From positions 1 through 64,000 of IMG/VR virus record IMGVR_UViG_3300031992_000041: DNA of 64,000 nt. One strand, written 5' to 3'. Numbering within the stretch: the stretch's first letter is position 1; every line of letters begins with the position of its first letter. The notes under the pieces were generated by a model. The model was not told the origin of the DNA. It saw only the letters and a program-made list of their open reading frames with translations, and did not search any database. The position numbers and the translations under genes are program-made. This document shows, one piece after another, positions 1-9,500 of this stretch. The stretch comes from a virus (Duplodnaviria > Heunggongvirae > Uroviricota > Caudoviricetes).

Positions 1-346
1 AGGCGATGGCCAGCACCCACACGTTGTACTCCACGAAGCAGAGCCACATGCCGACGCAGAAGCCTGCTGCCGACTCGATGACGCAGAGCACCGTGAACCA
101 CCGGATGGCCTTGCGGCGCACCCAGCCTTTCCATATCATGCCGATGAACAGCCCGACCACGGAATAGACGAGCGACTGGAAGGCGAGCCATTCGGCAGGC
201 AGTTCGGTCACCCACGCCTTCGAGATGGCTGGTCCGACGTAGGCATCCAGCAGCCCGACGATGAACAGTGTAGATAGCGTCCACCGCTGGTTCTCGTCGG
301 GGTGGATGTTCAGGAAATCCAATAGTCGTTTGAAGATTGTTTTCAT
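1..346 (-). CDS. integral membrane protein, N-terminal part (gene runs off the left edge of the window)
   Basis: ATG (rc) at 344-346 overlaps the stop of the upstream ORF (ATGA); frame open to position 1; translated N-terminus strongly hydrophobic (…LFIVGLLDAYVGPAI…, …VVGLFIGMIWKGW…). Confidence 0.35.
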   Translation of the reverse strand, partial: MKTIFKRLLDFLNIHPDENQRWTLSTLFIVGLLDAYVGPAISKAWVTELPAEWLAFQSLVYSVVGLFIGMIWKGWVRRKAIRWFTVLCVIESAAGFCVGMWLCFVEYNVWVLAIA

Positions 347-612
347 TTTATACCAAACATTGCTTTAAGTAATACACCGATATAGTGGAACAATCCGCTC
401 CAGTTATATTTCTCAGTCTTTGGCTCTACGTTTTTCCAACTTCTGATGAAGTGCTCGTCGAAGATACTCTTCATGGCTTCATCGTAAGTGTCCCACCGCT
501 TTTCGCAGACGTGGTTAGATGTCAGATTCACATAGCACCATTTGCCTGTGGCCTTGTCTTGCATTATTTCTACAAGTCTTTTTGAACCGTCTTTTCTTGT
601 TATTTCTATCAT
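343..612 (-). CDS. hypothetical protein (89 aa)
   Basis: ORF track; compact minus-strand array, 3-nt gap to RtcB. Confidence 0.5.
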   Translation of the reverse strand: MIEITRKDGSKRLVEIMQDKATGKWCYVNLTSNHVCEKRWDTYDEAMKSIFDEHFIRSWKNVEPKTEKYNWSGLFHYIGVLLKAMFGIK

Positions 613-615
613 CGC

Positions 616-1842
616 TCAGTACTCCTTAATCAGTTTGTGCTTGTTCGCCTTCCAGTCCGGCTTCTCCGGGGTCTTCGCCTTGAAATTATAAATCGGCTTG
701 ATGATGTCCACGATGCGCACGGTGTCCTTGATGCTGTCGATGATTTCCTGCATGGGCTTGTAGGCCATGGGGCTCTCGTCGATGGTCTCGGGGCATACGC
801 TGGTGGAGTAGATGCCGCTCATCTGCTGCTCGAACTCCTGCATCGAGAGCGTGTCGAGAGCCTGCCTGCGCGACATCAGGCGGCCTGCGCCGTGGGGTGC
901 CGAGTAGAGCCAGTCGATGTTGCCGCGCCCCTCGCACAGCAGCGAGCCGTCGCGCATGTTCATCGGGATGATCAGCCGCTCGCCGTTGAGCGCCCTCACG
1001 GCTCCCTTGCGCAGGATGCGGTGCTTGATGTCGATGTAGTTGTGGATGGTGGTGAAGTTGGCGACGCTCATGTGCATCCATCCCATAGCGTGGCAGATGA
1101 TTCTCGACATGGTATAACGATTCGTATTGGCATACATCTGGCATAGTTGCATGTCGTAGAGATATTTTTCGGCATCCTCGCCCTCGATGAAGGCCAGTTC
1201 CTTGTCGATCTTCGGTGCCTGATCCTTGGCCTCGCGGATGGCGGCTGAAATCTCGCGCTGACGGCCCTCTGCCTTCAGGCGGGCGATGATGGCCTGCTCG
1301 TCGTAGCCCAGCCGACGGCAATAGTCCTCCGCCCGCTTCTGCCAGTATTCACAGACGCGCTTGCCGAGGTTGCGCGAGCCGGAGTGGATGACCAGGTACT
1401 TCTCGCCGTCGCTGCCCTCGTCCACCTCGATGAAGTGGTTGCCGCCGCCGAGCGAGCCGATGCTGCGCTGTGCTATGTCGCTGTCGATGGCCTCGCGGCA
1501 ATGCAGGCGGTCGATGAGCAGTGCCTCTTCCACAGGCTTCTCGTGGATATTGAAGCCGGACGGAATCTCGTTGTTCACCACGCGGTCGAGCCGTTGCAGG
1601 TCGATGTCGCCCTTGCCGAGGTGCACCACCTGCATGCCGCAGCCGATGTCAACGCCCACGGTGTTCGGTACGATGCGGTCTTTCAGCGCAATCACCGTGC
1701 CGATGGTACAGCCAGCCCCTGCGTGGCAGTCGGGCATGATGCGCACGGTGCAGTCCCCGTAGGCCCCGCTTGTTGCCATTCTCTCAATCTGTGCCTTTGC
1801 GGTGTCCTCCACCGTCCTGGCGAAAATCTTCAGTTGTTCCAT
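616..1842 (-). CDS. rtcB: RtcB-family RNA 3'-phosphate ligase
   Basis: 408 aa; RtcB signatures MPDCHAGAGCTIGTV (metal-binding Cys/His) and GGGNHFIE, SGSRNLG; length typical of RtcB. Confidence 0.9.
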   Translation of the reverse strand: MEQLKIFARTVEDTAKAQIERMATSGAYGDCTVRIMPDCHAGAGCTIGTVIALKDRIVPNTVGVDIGCGMQVVHLGKGDIDLQRLDRVVNNEIPSGFNIHEKPVEEALLIDRLHCREAIDSDIAQRSIGSLGGGNHFIEVDEGSDGEKYLVIHSGSRNLGKRVCEYWQKRAEDYCRRLGYDEQAIIARLKAEGRQREISAAIREAKDQAPKIDKELAFIEGEDAEKYLYDMQLCQMYANTNRYTMSRIICHAMGWMHMSVANFTTIHNYIDIKHRILRKGAVRALNGERLIIPMNMRDGSLLCEGRGNIDWLYSAPHGAGRLMSRRQALDTLSMQEFEQQMSGIYSTSVCPETIDESPMAYKPMQEIIDSIKDTVRIVDIIKPIYNFKAKTPEKPDWKANKHKLIKEY

Positions 1843-1869
1843 GTTGTTTTGCTTGTTTGATTTTCAATA

Positions 1870-2251
1870 CTATTTCATCAGTTCTGGATTATCGTGGATG
1901 TTGCCGATGACCTCGACGTCTCCGACCACTTCACTCAGATAGTTGCCGCTCTTGTCCAGGGTGCTCCTGACATCGAGCTACCGCTGTCAAAATGCACCAC
2001 ATACCCATTGTTGCTGAAATGGTAATGGAGTATGTCGCCACGTAGATCTCCTGTCCGTTCCTGTCTTTCAGTCCCGTGTACTGCCCCAGCGTATCGGGGT
2101 CAATCTCGTAGTCGTCCCACGACTTGCCGGTGGTAAACTCGTCGGGAACGATGAAGTGCGCCCCATGGTTCTGCAGATAGAATCCGTAGAGCCAGACGTT
2201 GTTCTTGCGGTTGAATCCGCGGAATTTGATTTCTCTCATAACTATCTTCAT
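1870..2251 (-). pseudogene. YopX-domain gene disrupted by two frameshifts
   Basis: N-terminal MREIKFRGFNRKNNVWLYG…GQYTGLKDRNGQEIY in one frame; the expected continuation GDILHYHFSNNGYVVHFDSG is in a second frame; the canonical C-terminus VIGNIHDNPELMK* is in a third (stop at 1870-1872). Confidence 0.6.
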
Positions 2252-2270
2252 AATTTGTGTGATCTGTGGT

Positions 2271-3128
2271 TTATTCTTGCTCGCTGTCGGCAGGTATCCC
2301 TTCCTTGTGCTTCGTGATGTCCTTCACGCGGTGCGGCTCGATGCCGTTCTTGCGCAGGTATTTGTAGACGGAGTTCGCCGACTTGATGCCCAGTTGCTTT
2401 TGTATCTCAGCGACGGTGGCTCCCTGGCGGTAGAGTTCCACTATCCGGTTTGCCGTCTCCTCGCTTATCGGTTCAGTGGAACGCCTGCCATTCTTCGTCG
2501 GCAATTCGCTGGCGGCCGGCAGCGGCTCGTCGTCGGGCGATACCGTCGGGTTCCGTTGCTGTCTTGTGACCATAGGTCTGGGGCGCTTTTCTTCTAAGTT
2601 CATACGACGCAAGATATTACCGTGAACGTCCTCGACGATGGCCGTCAGCGGGTCGCCATCTTTCACCTCCACCAGTTCCCACGACTTGTACTGCTTGCCG
2701 TTCTCGTCGATGAACGAATAAGCCACGGTGGTGGCCACCCCGTCGGCTTCGAGGAAGTTTCTTACCATATCGACCAAGCGGCGGAACAACTTTTCCTTTT
2801 CCTCGCACGTATCGGCGCAGTTTTGCAAATACATGCGTTCCAGAAACTCCGCATTGAACCTGATGATGTACTTTGGTTTTTCCTTCGGCTTGATGTACTC
2901 CGCGATAGCCTTTGCCACCTGCTCGGTCACATCCATCTTTTCAGGAAAGCCCGACTGTCTGCCGCCCTTATACGGGATGCTGGTGATGTAGATGCGACCA
3001 TTTTCAAAGCGAAGGCAGTTGTCGATTTCCACCATTCTCGATGTCGCACGGCCTGAATTTGTTGTACCGCCAATCGTGGTGGCGGTTCCGTTTGGATTGT
3101 CTTTGTCTGCCATATTACTTTCCTCCAT
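2271..3128 (-). CDS. DNA-binding protein with C-terminal Hin/resolvase-type HTH
   Basis: 285 aa; C-terminus IVELYRQGATVAEIQKQLGIKSANSVYKYLRKNG is an HTH_23-like helix-turn-helix; true start may be the internal MVEIDN. Confidence 0.55.
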   Translation of the reverse strand: MEESNMADKDNPNGTATTIGGTTNSGRATSRMVEIDNCLRFENGRIYITSIPYKGGRQSGFPEKMDVTEQVAKAIAEYIKPKEKPKYIIRFNAEFLERMYLQNCADTCEEKEKLFRRLVDMVRNFLEADGVATTVAYSFIDENGKQYKSWELVEVKDGDPLTAIVEDVHGNILRRMNLEEKRPRPMVTRQQRNPTVSPDDEPLPAASELPTKNGRRSTEPISEETANRIVELYRQGATVAEIQKQLGIKSANSVYKYLRKNGIEPHRVKDITKHKEGIPADSEQE

Positions 3129-3417
3129 CGTCTATAAAGTCGTTACACTTGCCTTGCAGTCCAAGGCGAACCTTGTCGCCAACCCGTCGTGCGCCGTGCT
3201 CGTCCAGTTCCACGTTGTCGCTGTCGCAGTAGAACATATACGGCCCGACGGTGTAGTCGTACCAAATGTCTGTGCAGTGCTCGCAGAAGAAGCAACTGCG
3301 GGGGTGAGCCATCAGCGAGTAGTATTCGCAGACGTACTTCCGTGTCCGTTCCTCGGGCTTCACCACCTCGTCCAGGCTGTCGAGTATCTGCAATGATGCG
3401 AATCCTTCCTTGCTCAT
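3115..3417 (-). CDS. hypothetical Cys-rich protein (100 aa)
   Basis: ORF track; CEYY…CFFCEHC…YCDSD pattern suggests a zinc-binding fold. Confidence 0.4.
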   Translation of the reverse strand: MSKEGFASLQILDSLDEVVKPEERTRKYVCEYYSLMAHPRSCFFCEHCTDIWYDYTVGPYMFYCDSDNVELDEHGARRVGDKVRLGLQGKCNDFIDDGGK

Positions 3418-3704
3418 AGTTCAAACGTCGTATGAAATTGTTTCTTGATAAACTCCCTCGGCAGCGCGTCGATGACGATGGCCGCAGTCTTGGTGCCAGG
3501 CGGCACTTGCGTTATAGGCTCCCAGCCGTGAAACCTCTCCCAGTTCGGGTCGGGTTCAAACTCCATGTCGAAGCTGATGTCCTCGGGCTGCATCCGTTCG
3601 CACAGCCGCAGTTTCTGATTCGTCCTGAACATGATGGGCGCATCCTCGGGCAGCATCTTGCACTGCTCGCTGTTCAGCAGGTCTATTAAGTCTTTCTTCG
3701 TCAT
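3414..3704 (-). CDS. hypothetical protein (96 aa)
   Basis: ORF track; ATGA-type overlap with the neighbouring ORF. Confidence 0.45.
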   Translation of the reverse strand: MTKKDLIDLLNSEQCKMLPEDAPIMFRTNQKLRLCERMQPEDISFDMEFEPDPNWERFHGWEPITQVPPGTKTAAIVIDALPREFIKKQFHTTFEL

Positions 3705-3716
3705 ATCACCTTGCTT

Positions 3717-3908
3717 TTAGTCCCACTCCTTCCAGTCGAAGTCTGCGAGGAAGCGGAAATTGTAGTCAATAATCTTCTTTGCCAGTTGCTCTACGGTCTC
3801 GGGCTTGTAGATTTCTGGAGCCTTGCTGATGGTGTGCTCCCGCATATCGTGAACCAGCTTGCGGACTATCAGGCCCTCTGTGTCCACCATGTCGAGCCGC
3901 CACGCCAT
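3717..3908 (-). CDS. hypothetical protein (63 aa)
   Basis: ORF track. Confidence 0.3.
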   Translation of the reverse strand: MAWRLDMVDTEGLIVRKLVHDMREHTISKAPEIYKPETVEQLAKKIIDYNFRFLADFDWKEWD

Positions 3909-3932
3909 CCTGGGCTGCCGGCTGGTGCAGTA

Positions 3933-4271
3933 TCACTCGCCCGCCCGGTCGCCGTGCGGTGACAGTCGGTGCACCACCTCGTCCATCGTGTACGGCTCCT
4001 TGTCGAAGTCGCGCTCTTCCTTCACGGGCGGTTCCGGCATCGGGATGTGCGGCGGTATAACCACCGACCCCATATACTCCTGCGCCTTGTCGATTTGCCA
4101 CTCTTCGATGCCGAGCGACTTCATCGCCTCTCGCATCCTCCACGTCAGATGTGCCGTCACGCGGCAGTAGAGCCATTCGTGTCGGCTTAGCCCCCACAGC
4201 GCACCGAATCCTGCGCCAAGTGTGAAGGCCAGTGTCATGCCGATAATCATCGGAATTGTGTAGTCTGTCAT
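3933..4271 (-). CDS. hypothetical membrane-anchored protein (112 aa)
   Basis: N-terminal TM helix IPMIIGMTLAFTLGAGFGALWGL. Confidence 0.4.
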   Translation of the reverse strand: MTDYTIPMIIGMTLAFTLGAGFGALWGLSRHEWLYCRVTAHLTWRMREAMKSLGIEEWQIDKAQEYMGSVVIPPHIPMPEPPVKEERDFDKEPYTMDEVVHRLSPHGDRAGE

Positions 4272-4277
4272 ATTGCA

Positions 4278-4748
4278 TTACTTTTTACATTTATACTTCG
4301 GATTGTCGCTTACGTCGGTGATGGTACCATCGGCATTGCGGATATGGTGGCCACGGGCGAGGGTGATTAATCGGTCGGTCGCATCCTTGATGTCCTCAGC
4401 CGACACAGCGCACGCCGCCACTGCATTGTTGAGCGGTTCCGGGTTCTTCATATACTCCTTCAGCAACTCCTGTGAAAGTCTGTCGAGCACCATCACGGCC
4501 TGCCGTTTCATCTGCACACCGAAAATCCTGTCCTTGACCCATCCGACGAGTCCGCGACGTGGCGACGGCATCATTTCCACTCTCGGCGCATGAACCATTA
4601 CAGGCTCTTCGTCCTTGTAGGTCAGCATACCCGACTCCATCTCACGCTTTGCAATCTCCATGATTCGCTGGCGTCCGCGCTGCTTCTCTTCCTCCGACAT
4701 TTCCCATATCCGATGGTCGCTCATTATCTCTCCGAGACTTTTCTTCAT
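4278..4748 (-). CDS. hypothetical protein (156 aa)
   Basis: ORF track. Confidence 0.5.
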   Translation of the reverse strand: MKKSLGEIMSDHRIWEMSEEEKQRGRQRIMEIAKREMESGMLTYKDEEPVMVHAPRVEMMPSPRRGLVGWVKDRIFGVQMKRQAVMVLDRLSQELLKEYMKNPEPLNNAVAACAVSAEDIKDATDRLITLARGHHIRNADGTITDVSDNPKYKCKK

Positions 4749-4751
4749 GGC

Positions 4752-5096
4752 TTAGCCCTCCTTTTTATTTTCTTGTTCCGTTCTCGGTACATACTGAGCG
4801 CAGCCGTCGCACATCTTCTGCGGGCTGATGTCACAGCCCCATCCTTCCGTATAGCGTACACACGGAGCCTTGTGCCCATAATTCTTTTTGACATTATTCT
4901 CCTCCTCGAACACACTCGACGGATTAGAAACATCGCCAGCCCACAGATAACTCTCAGCGCAGTCAGCAAGTTTTACTGCGTCGTCGAAAATCCTTTTCTC
5001 CTTCGTCACCAACCGTTTTTTCTCAAACTGGTCTTTGTACTGTCCTGTGCCTGCCAATTGCAGCATGGCTTGCAGGATAAAATCTCTCTTTGTCAT
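4752..5096 (-). CDS. hypothetical protein (114 aa)
   Basis: ORF track. Confidence 0.5.
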   Translation of the reverse strand: MTKRDFILQAMLQLAGTGQYKDQFEKKRLVTKEKRIFDDAVKLADCAESYLWAGDVSNPSSVFEEENNVKKNYGHKAPCVRYTEGWGCDISPQKMCDGCAQYVPRTEQENKKEG

Positions 5097-5222
5097 AATC
5101 TCAATCCGTTTTTGGTTTACGTGTGTAGAGTTGTTTCTTTTCTTTCGGCTTCCAGCGTCCGCTGCTGGGCATGGGCTTTGCGTCGGCCATTATCCGTTGC
5201 GATCACGGGGTCAGACCCTTGA

Positions 5223-5483
5223 TCACCGGTCGAACTGCCAGCCGCACAGCTCCTCGTAGTAAGCGTATGCCATTTCCCCGTCTGGATTGAGCACGGGGTA
5301 TGGGTGTCTGTTGCCGGGGTTTTCCGACTCCTTGTGCCAGATCTCCGCCATCAGCTGCTTGCGGGCGGCTTCCATCAACTTGGGAGCGTGCTTCCCGATG
5401 AAGTGCTCCACCTCCTTCTCGCTGTTAAACTCGTTCTGCGCATCCTGCAGGAACGAGAGCATTGCAGTCTCAAAATCTGTCAT
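5223..5483 (-). CDS. hypothetical protein (86 aa; start moved to internal MTDFETAM)
   Basis: upstream part of the track ORF overlaps the next gene; ATG (rc) at 5481-5483. Confidence 0.45.
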   Translation of the reverse strand: MTDFETAMLSFLQDAQNEFNSEKEVEHFIGKHAPKLMEAARKQLMAEIWHKESENPGNRHPYPVLNPDGEMAYAYYEELCGWQFDR

Positions 5484-5517
5484 AATCGTATTCCTTTTAA
5501 TTCGTTTAATTCGTGGT

Positions 5518-6219
5518 TCAGGATGGCATGGGGTCGGCATCGTGACGCGCTGCAAGTTTCTGCCTTGCGCTGTCGATGAACTTGATCATCGACTCGCCGT
5601 AGAAGTCACGCATACGATGTGTGGCTCCGTTGCCCTGCGACAACTCCAGCATGGCTTTCACGGCATCGAGACAGCCCACGGCCTGCTGATAGTTGGCATC
5701 ATTCTCTTTCTTCATGCGCTCCCTGTCTTTTGCCGCCTTTACTACTTCACCCATCAGTCTTTGAATGGTCTCATTCTGATTGCTGATGGTGTCAAGGGTG
5801 GCTTTCGTGTCGTTTGTCAGCCTTGTGGTGATGTCCTCGGCCACAGGCTCCGCAAGCACGTAGCGGTCGAAGCGGTCCTTGCGACGGACGAACACCTCCT
5901 TGTCGTCCAATTCGTGCTCAGGAGTATTGCTATCCGTCCGTTTGATGCAGGTGTCTAAACAGGAATAGCGGTCGTCCTCGGGGTCGAGACCCTGCAGCTC
6001 CTTGTAGATATTCACCTGCTGACGGCCACCTTCGTAGTTGAACTCCATCAGCCACCCGCGCAACAGCCCGCGAAGGCACGACTTGTGCGACTGAGGCATG
6101 TCCTCGCTGCTGGTAGTGTTGGCAAGCACGAGGTTCCAGTAATTTTCCTTCTCATTAATCTCTACTTCCCAGCCGAGTGCTCTCAGCACATCGGCTGCAA
6201 TCATGTAAATCAGTCTCAT
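5518..6219 (-). CDS. hypothetical protein (233 aa)
   Basis: ORF track. Confidence 0.5.
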   Translation of the reverse strand: MRLIYMIAADVLRALGWEVEINEKENYWNLVLANTTSSEDMPQSHKSCLRGLLRGWLMEFNYEGGRQQVNIYKELQGLDPEDDRYSCLDTCIKRTDSNTPEHELDDKEVFVRRKDRFDRYVLAEPVAEDITTRLTNDTKATLDTISNQNETIQRLMGEVVKAAKDRERMKKENDANYQQAVGCLDAVKAMLELSQGNGATHRMRDFYGESMIKFIDSARQKLAARHDADPMPS

Positions 6220-6239
6220 TGTTTCGTTGTTTTTATAAA

Positions 6240-6500
6240 TTAACCTTCTATTCCTCCGTCCACTATCTTGATGTCGAGCCTGCCAAGCGTGGTCAGCTGA
6301 AATCTCATGTGTTTCAGCATCTCTTCCTCACTCAGTCCTGCCTTGTCGAGAATCCATTTCGTCATAAACGGCCATGTGCTCGGAAAGCCCGTAAAGCCCT
6401 CGTAGATGTCGTACACTTCGACGGGTTCGTCAGTCGGTGGCGTGATTTGCGACACATTCAGCTGCCGCCTCACAATCTTAATCTTTGTCTTAATCGTCAT
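6240..6500 (-). CDS. hypothetical protein (86 aa)
   Basis: ORF track. Confidence 0.45.
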   Translation of the reverse strand: MTIKTKIKIVRRQLNVSQITPPTDEPVEVYDIYEGFTGFPSTWPFMTKWILDKAGLSEEEMLKHMRFQLTTLGRLDIKIVDGGIEG

Positions 6501-6570
6501 AATTTGTATTCCTTTTAATTCGTTTAATTCGTTTAATTCCTTTTTAATCCGTTGTTCCGAATAGTCCTCC

Positions 6571-6837
6571 CTAAAGCACTTCCGGCTCGTTGGCTATCCT
6601 TTCGGCTATCTCCCTTGCCTTGTCGTAGTCGCCGTCGGCCTCGCGCAGGGCCTTTGAGCATCCGCCGAGTCCTGCACCTGGCACTTCGCGCCACAGCCGC
6701 TTGACGGTTTCGAGCCGTTCGGGGTCTATCGGGTAGAGCTGCTTCTTTTTCAGTCCGTCGAAGAATCGCTTTGCATCGACGCTTACGGGCATCGGTCGCG
6801 GTTCCTCTGCAATCATTGCGTTTGTTACTTCGTCCAT
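6571..6837 (-). CDS. hypothetical protein (88 aa)
   Basis: ORF track. Confidence 0.45.
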   Translation of the reverse strand: MDEVTNAMIAEEPRPMPVSVDAKRFFDGLKKKQLYPIDPERLETVKRLWREVPGAGLGGCSKALREADGDYDKAREIAERIANEPEVL

Positions 6838-7041
6838 ATCGCCAAAAATTCTAATTGTTATTACTCAACGCCACCATCCTGCCGGTTCCACGTCTTCTAT
6901 TCTCCCGTTCTTGACAAAGTAGAGGTTTGCCGTAGCATTATGCAGCCGCACCCATCTCCTTTTGTCGCTCTCGTAAAACAACTTGTTCGCATCGTCTTTC
7001 GACATTGCCCTTAATTCCTCGTCGGTCATATCGCCTTTATT

Positions 7042-7509
7042 TTATTTCCTTTTTACGTTTAACAATTTTAGAATCTGCAGGCACTTGTCGTATGTAATGC
7101 CCTTATAGTTGTCGTCGAAGTCCACATGGAAACGGCGGCTTGGCTTTGCGAACTTGTTCCACTGCTTGACGATTTTGCGGATGTGATACACCTCGGTGCC
7201 GTAGCCTGGCAGGTGGATGAAGTCGCACGGCTTGCAACCGCGATACCACTCATGCTTGCTTTTGTACTCGATGCCCCAGCGGATATTGCCCTCGACCCAT
7301 GCGTAGATAATCTTCTTGATGTACTCCTTGCGCTTCCTGCCGCTGCTGCGCTCCCTCGCCCAACACTGGACGTAGGCGTTGGCGATGGTGTACCACATGC
7401 CGTATGACGTGCCGTAGTCGCCGTGGCGCATCTGGTCGTACATCCATTCGAGGTAGTAGTAGGTGTGCAACGGGCCTCGCCCGTGCCGTGTCATTCTGAC
7501 GTGCTTCAT
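7042..7509 (-). CDS. hypothetical protein (155 aa, Trp/Tyr-rich)
   Basis: ORF track; GGAGGACAAGC-ATG context. Confidence 0.5.
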   Translation of the reverse strand: MKHVRMTRHGRGPLHTYYYLEWMYDQMRHGDYGTSYGMWYTIANAYVQCWARERSSGRKRKEYIKKIIYAWVEGNIRWGIEYKSKHEWYRGCKPCDFIHLPGYGTEVYHIRKIVKQWNKFAKPSRRFHVDFDDNYKGITYDKCLQILKLLNVKRK

Positions 7510-7528
7510 TGCTTGTCCTCCTTATAAT

Positions 7529-7933
7529 TTATAGCCCAAAGTTCACTATCTCATTCCATCCGTAACCGCAATTAACATTAGGCACGGGGAATATGCATAG
7601 ATAGTCGTATTCCTCGAAGTCATCATAGCTGTCGGCCCATAGTTCACCGCCAGCCTTGGCTTTGTCGAACTCCTCCTTACTGGCGATACCGTGCTCTGGA
7701 TATACGCCGTACCTGTCTTCGATGATGTCAACAAGTTCTTCAGCCAATTCGCAGTCGAGCGTCTGCTTGCTGTCAATCCTGAACAGCCATTCGTATGACG
7801 GCGTGGCAATCATATAGATGCTGACAAGTTGCAATCCGTCGCCAAGTACCTTTTCCATGAGAATGGTCTCATCGTCCATCCTCTCGTTTATCCACTCTTG
7901 AAGCGTCTTCCCGTCTATTCGCTTTTCTTCCAT
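7529..7933 (-). CDS. hypothetical protein (134 aa)
   Basis: ORF track; GGAGGATTGACCTATG context. Confidence 0.5.
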   Translation of the reverse strand: MEEKRIDGKTLQEWINERMDDETILMEKVLGDGLQLVSIYMIATPSYEWLFRIDSKQTLDCELAEELVDIIEDRYGVYPEHGIASKEEFDKAKAGGELWADSYDDFEEYDYLCIFPVPNVNCGYGWNEIVNFGL

Positions 7934-7936
7934 AGG

Positions 7937-8311
7937 TCAATCCTCCTTCAATAGTTTATGTTCCAACCATGCCGCATAGAAATTGCAGTCATTCTGCAAC
8001 TTCACCGTGCCGTCCTTGAAGAAGGCTACGATTTCCTTTGCCGTAGCCGTGTCGGCATCCGTCCACTCGTCCACCTTCTGACGGTCGAGCGTCTTCTGCA
8101 ACTCACGGAAGCACTTGTGATAGGCTTGGCGGCGTATCTCAATCGCCTGCTTCTCGTAGTTGAAGTTGTGTTCGTCCATGTATGCCATCCTGTCGTAGCA
8201 TTCATCCTCTAAGCGGTCGAACGTGTCGAGCACCGCCTGTAATTGTTCCATTTCTGCTTGTTTCATAAATTCCTTTTTAATCCTTTTTAATCCGTTTAAT
8301 CCGTTGTTCAT
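7937..8311 (-). CDS. hypothetical protein (start at 8311 or 8266 uncertain)
   Basis: the N-terminus of the track ORF overlaps the upstream ORF; ATG at 8309-8311 forms an ATGA overlap with the upstream stop; alternative ATG at 8264-8266 has an AAGGA 5 nt upstream. Confidence 0.45.
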   Translation of the reverse strand: MNNGLNGLKRIKKEFMKQAEMEQLQAVLDTFDRLEDECYDRMAYMDEHNFNYEKQAIEIRRQAYHKCFRELQKTLDRQKVDEWTDADTATAKEIVAFFKDGTVKLQNDCNFYAAWLEHKLLKED

Positions 8312-8586
8312 ACCTTCCTGACCTTGATCAGTTCGGGATTGTCGTAGCGGTTGCCGACCACCTTGATGGCCGCGCCGCCGCCGTTCCTGCACAGAGTGCC
8401 GCCGTGCCTGCCGTCGGGATGATAGAGGCAGAAGGCCGCCGCGCCGTTGTCGTAGCCGACGTAGGCCACCCGTCGCGGGTCATCGCCACGATGCCGGGCT
8501 GGCCAGCCATTCCGTGACCCAGCGCCGCGAACACGCTCTTCTTGTTTCCAGTCCAGTCTTTCATCATACGTGCTTACATTTCGCAT
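8308..8586 (-). pseudogene. degenerate YopX-like remnant
   Basis: one frame ends …AIKVVGNRYDNPELIKVRKV (YopX C-terminal signature) but the N-terminal part is in a different frame and Gly/Ala/Arg-rich. Confidence 0.4.
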
Positions 8587-9053
8587 TTGAAAACATTGAT
8601 GTCCTTCTCCAGCATCAGGTCAGGATTGTCGTGTACGTTGCCAATCACCTCGTATGTCAGTTCGCGGTTGTGGTCTGAGTAGCACTTCACCTGCTCCAGC
8701 GTGTCGAAGTGGGTCACGCTGCCCGACTCCCAATAGCTTGTGTAAGCCATGCCGAAGCGTGCGTTTGCCACGTCGTAAACCACCGCCCCGCGAATGTCGG
8801 GCATATCCTCCGCGTGCTGCACGATGATGTCGCCCTCGTAGATTCCACGGTTGTTCTTGTCGTGCAAGACCGTGAACTGACCGACCGTCGCAGGGTCAAC
8901 AGGCGTGAACTCCACGCAGGCATCCACCTCGTTGCGCTTGTCGCCGACGATGCACGTCACGTCCTCGCCGTCATCCTCGCGGTAGCAGACAAGGTTTCCC
9001 TTTATCCACTCGCCGCCTTCTGTCTTTCCTCTGAATTTGATGATTCTGGTCAT
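8574..9053 (-). CDS. YopX-domain protein
   Basis: MTRIIKFRGK…GEWIKGNLV…VGQFTVLHDKNNRGIYEGDIIV…VIGNVHDNPDLM. Confidence 0.8.
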   Translation of the reverse strand: MTRIIKFRGKTEGGEWIKGNLVCYREDDGEDVTCIVGDKRNEVDACVEFTPVDPATVGQFTVLHDKNNRGIYEGDIIVQHAEDMPDIRGAVVYDVANARFGMAYTSYWESGSVTHFDTLEQVKCYSDHNRELTYEVIGNVHDNPDLMLEKDINVFKCEM

Positions 9054-9451
9054 ACTTCGCTTTCCTTTTTAATGTTATAGTCTGGCTCCTCCAGCTTGTC
9101 GGTCTCATGCAGATACGGCAATATGGTGCCCTCCTTCTGCTCATAGAAGCCTACCTGCCAGTTTTTGCCTGGGGTCTTCAACGGAACAGGAATCTTGATG
9201 CCGTTGCCGAAGTCGAGGACTACTGGACGCTCGCCGTAATGTTCGGGGTCATTCTTTGCTTCCTCGCATTTCTTTTCGCAGGCCGCACGAAATTGCTCAA
9301 ACGCTTCTGCACGAGCGGCAATCTCACGCTTCTCTTCGTCTCTCTTGTTCTTACGTTGTACGGCAAAGCCCTCGCCGGCCTTGCCCTCACTCTCTTTCTG
9401 TTTCTCTACTGCGCCGAGATACTTCTCAGCCTGTTCATCAAAGTTTTGCAT
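9050..9451 (-). CDS. hypothetical protein (133 aa, Lys/Glu-rich)
   Basis: ORF track. Confidence 0.5.
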   Translation of the reverse strand: MQNFDEQAEKYLGAVEKQKESEGKAGEGFAVQRKNKRDEEKREIAARAEAFEQFRAACEKKCEEAKNDPEHYGERPVVLDFGNGIKIPVPLKTPGKNWQVGFYEQKEGTILPYLHETDKLEEPDYNIKKESEV

Positions 9452-9500
9452 TGTTTTTTGAATTTGGATTGTTAATACTATGCCTTGCGGCGTGAATTAT

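Noticed and set aside
1870-2251. Stop-codon reassignment or programmed frameshifting in the YopX gene
   Set aside because: All other ORFs are intact under the standard code. This locus needs two frame changes within 380 nt, more consistent with gene decay (or sequencing error) than recoding.
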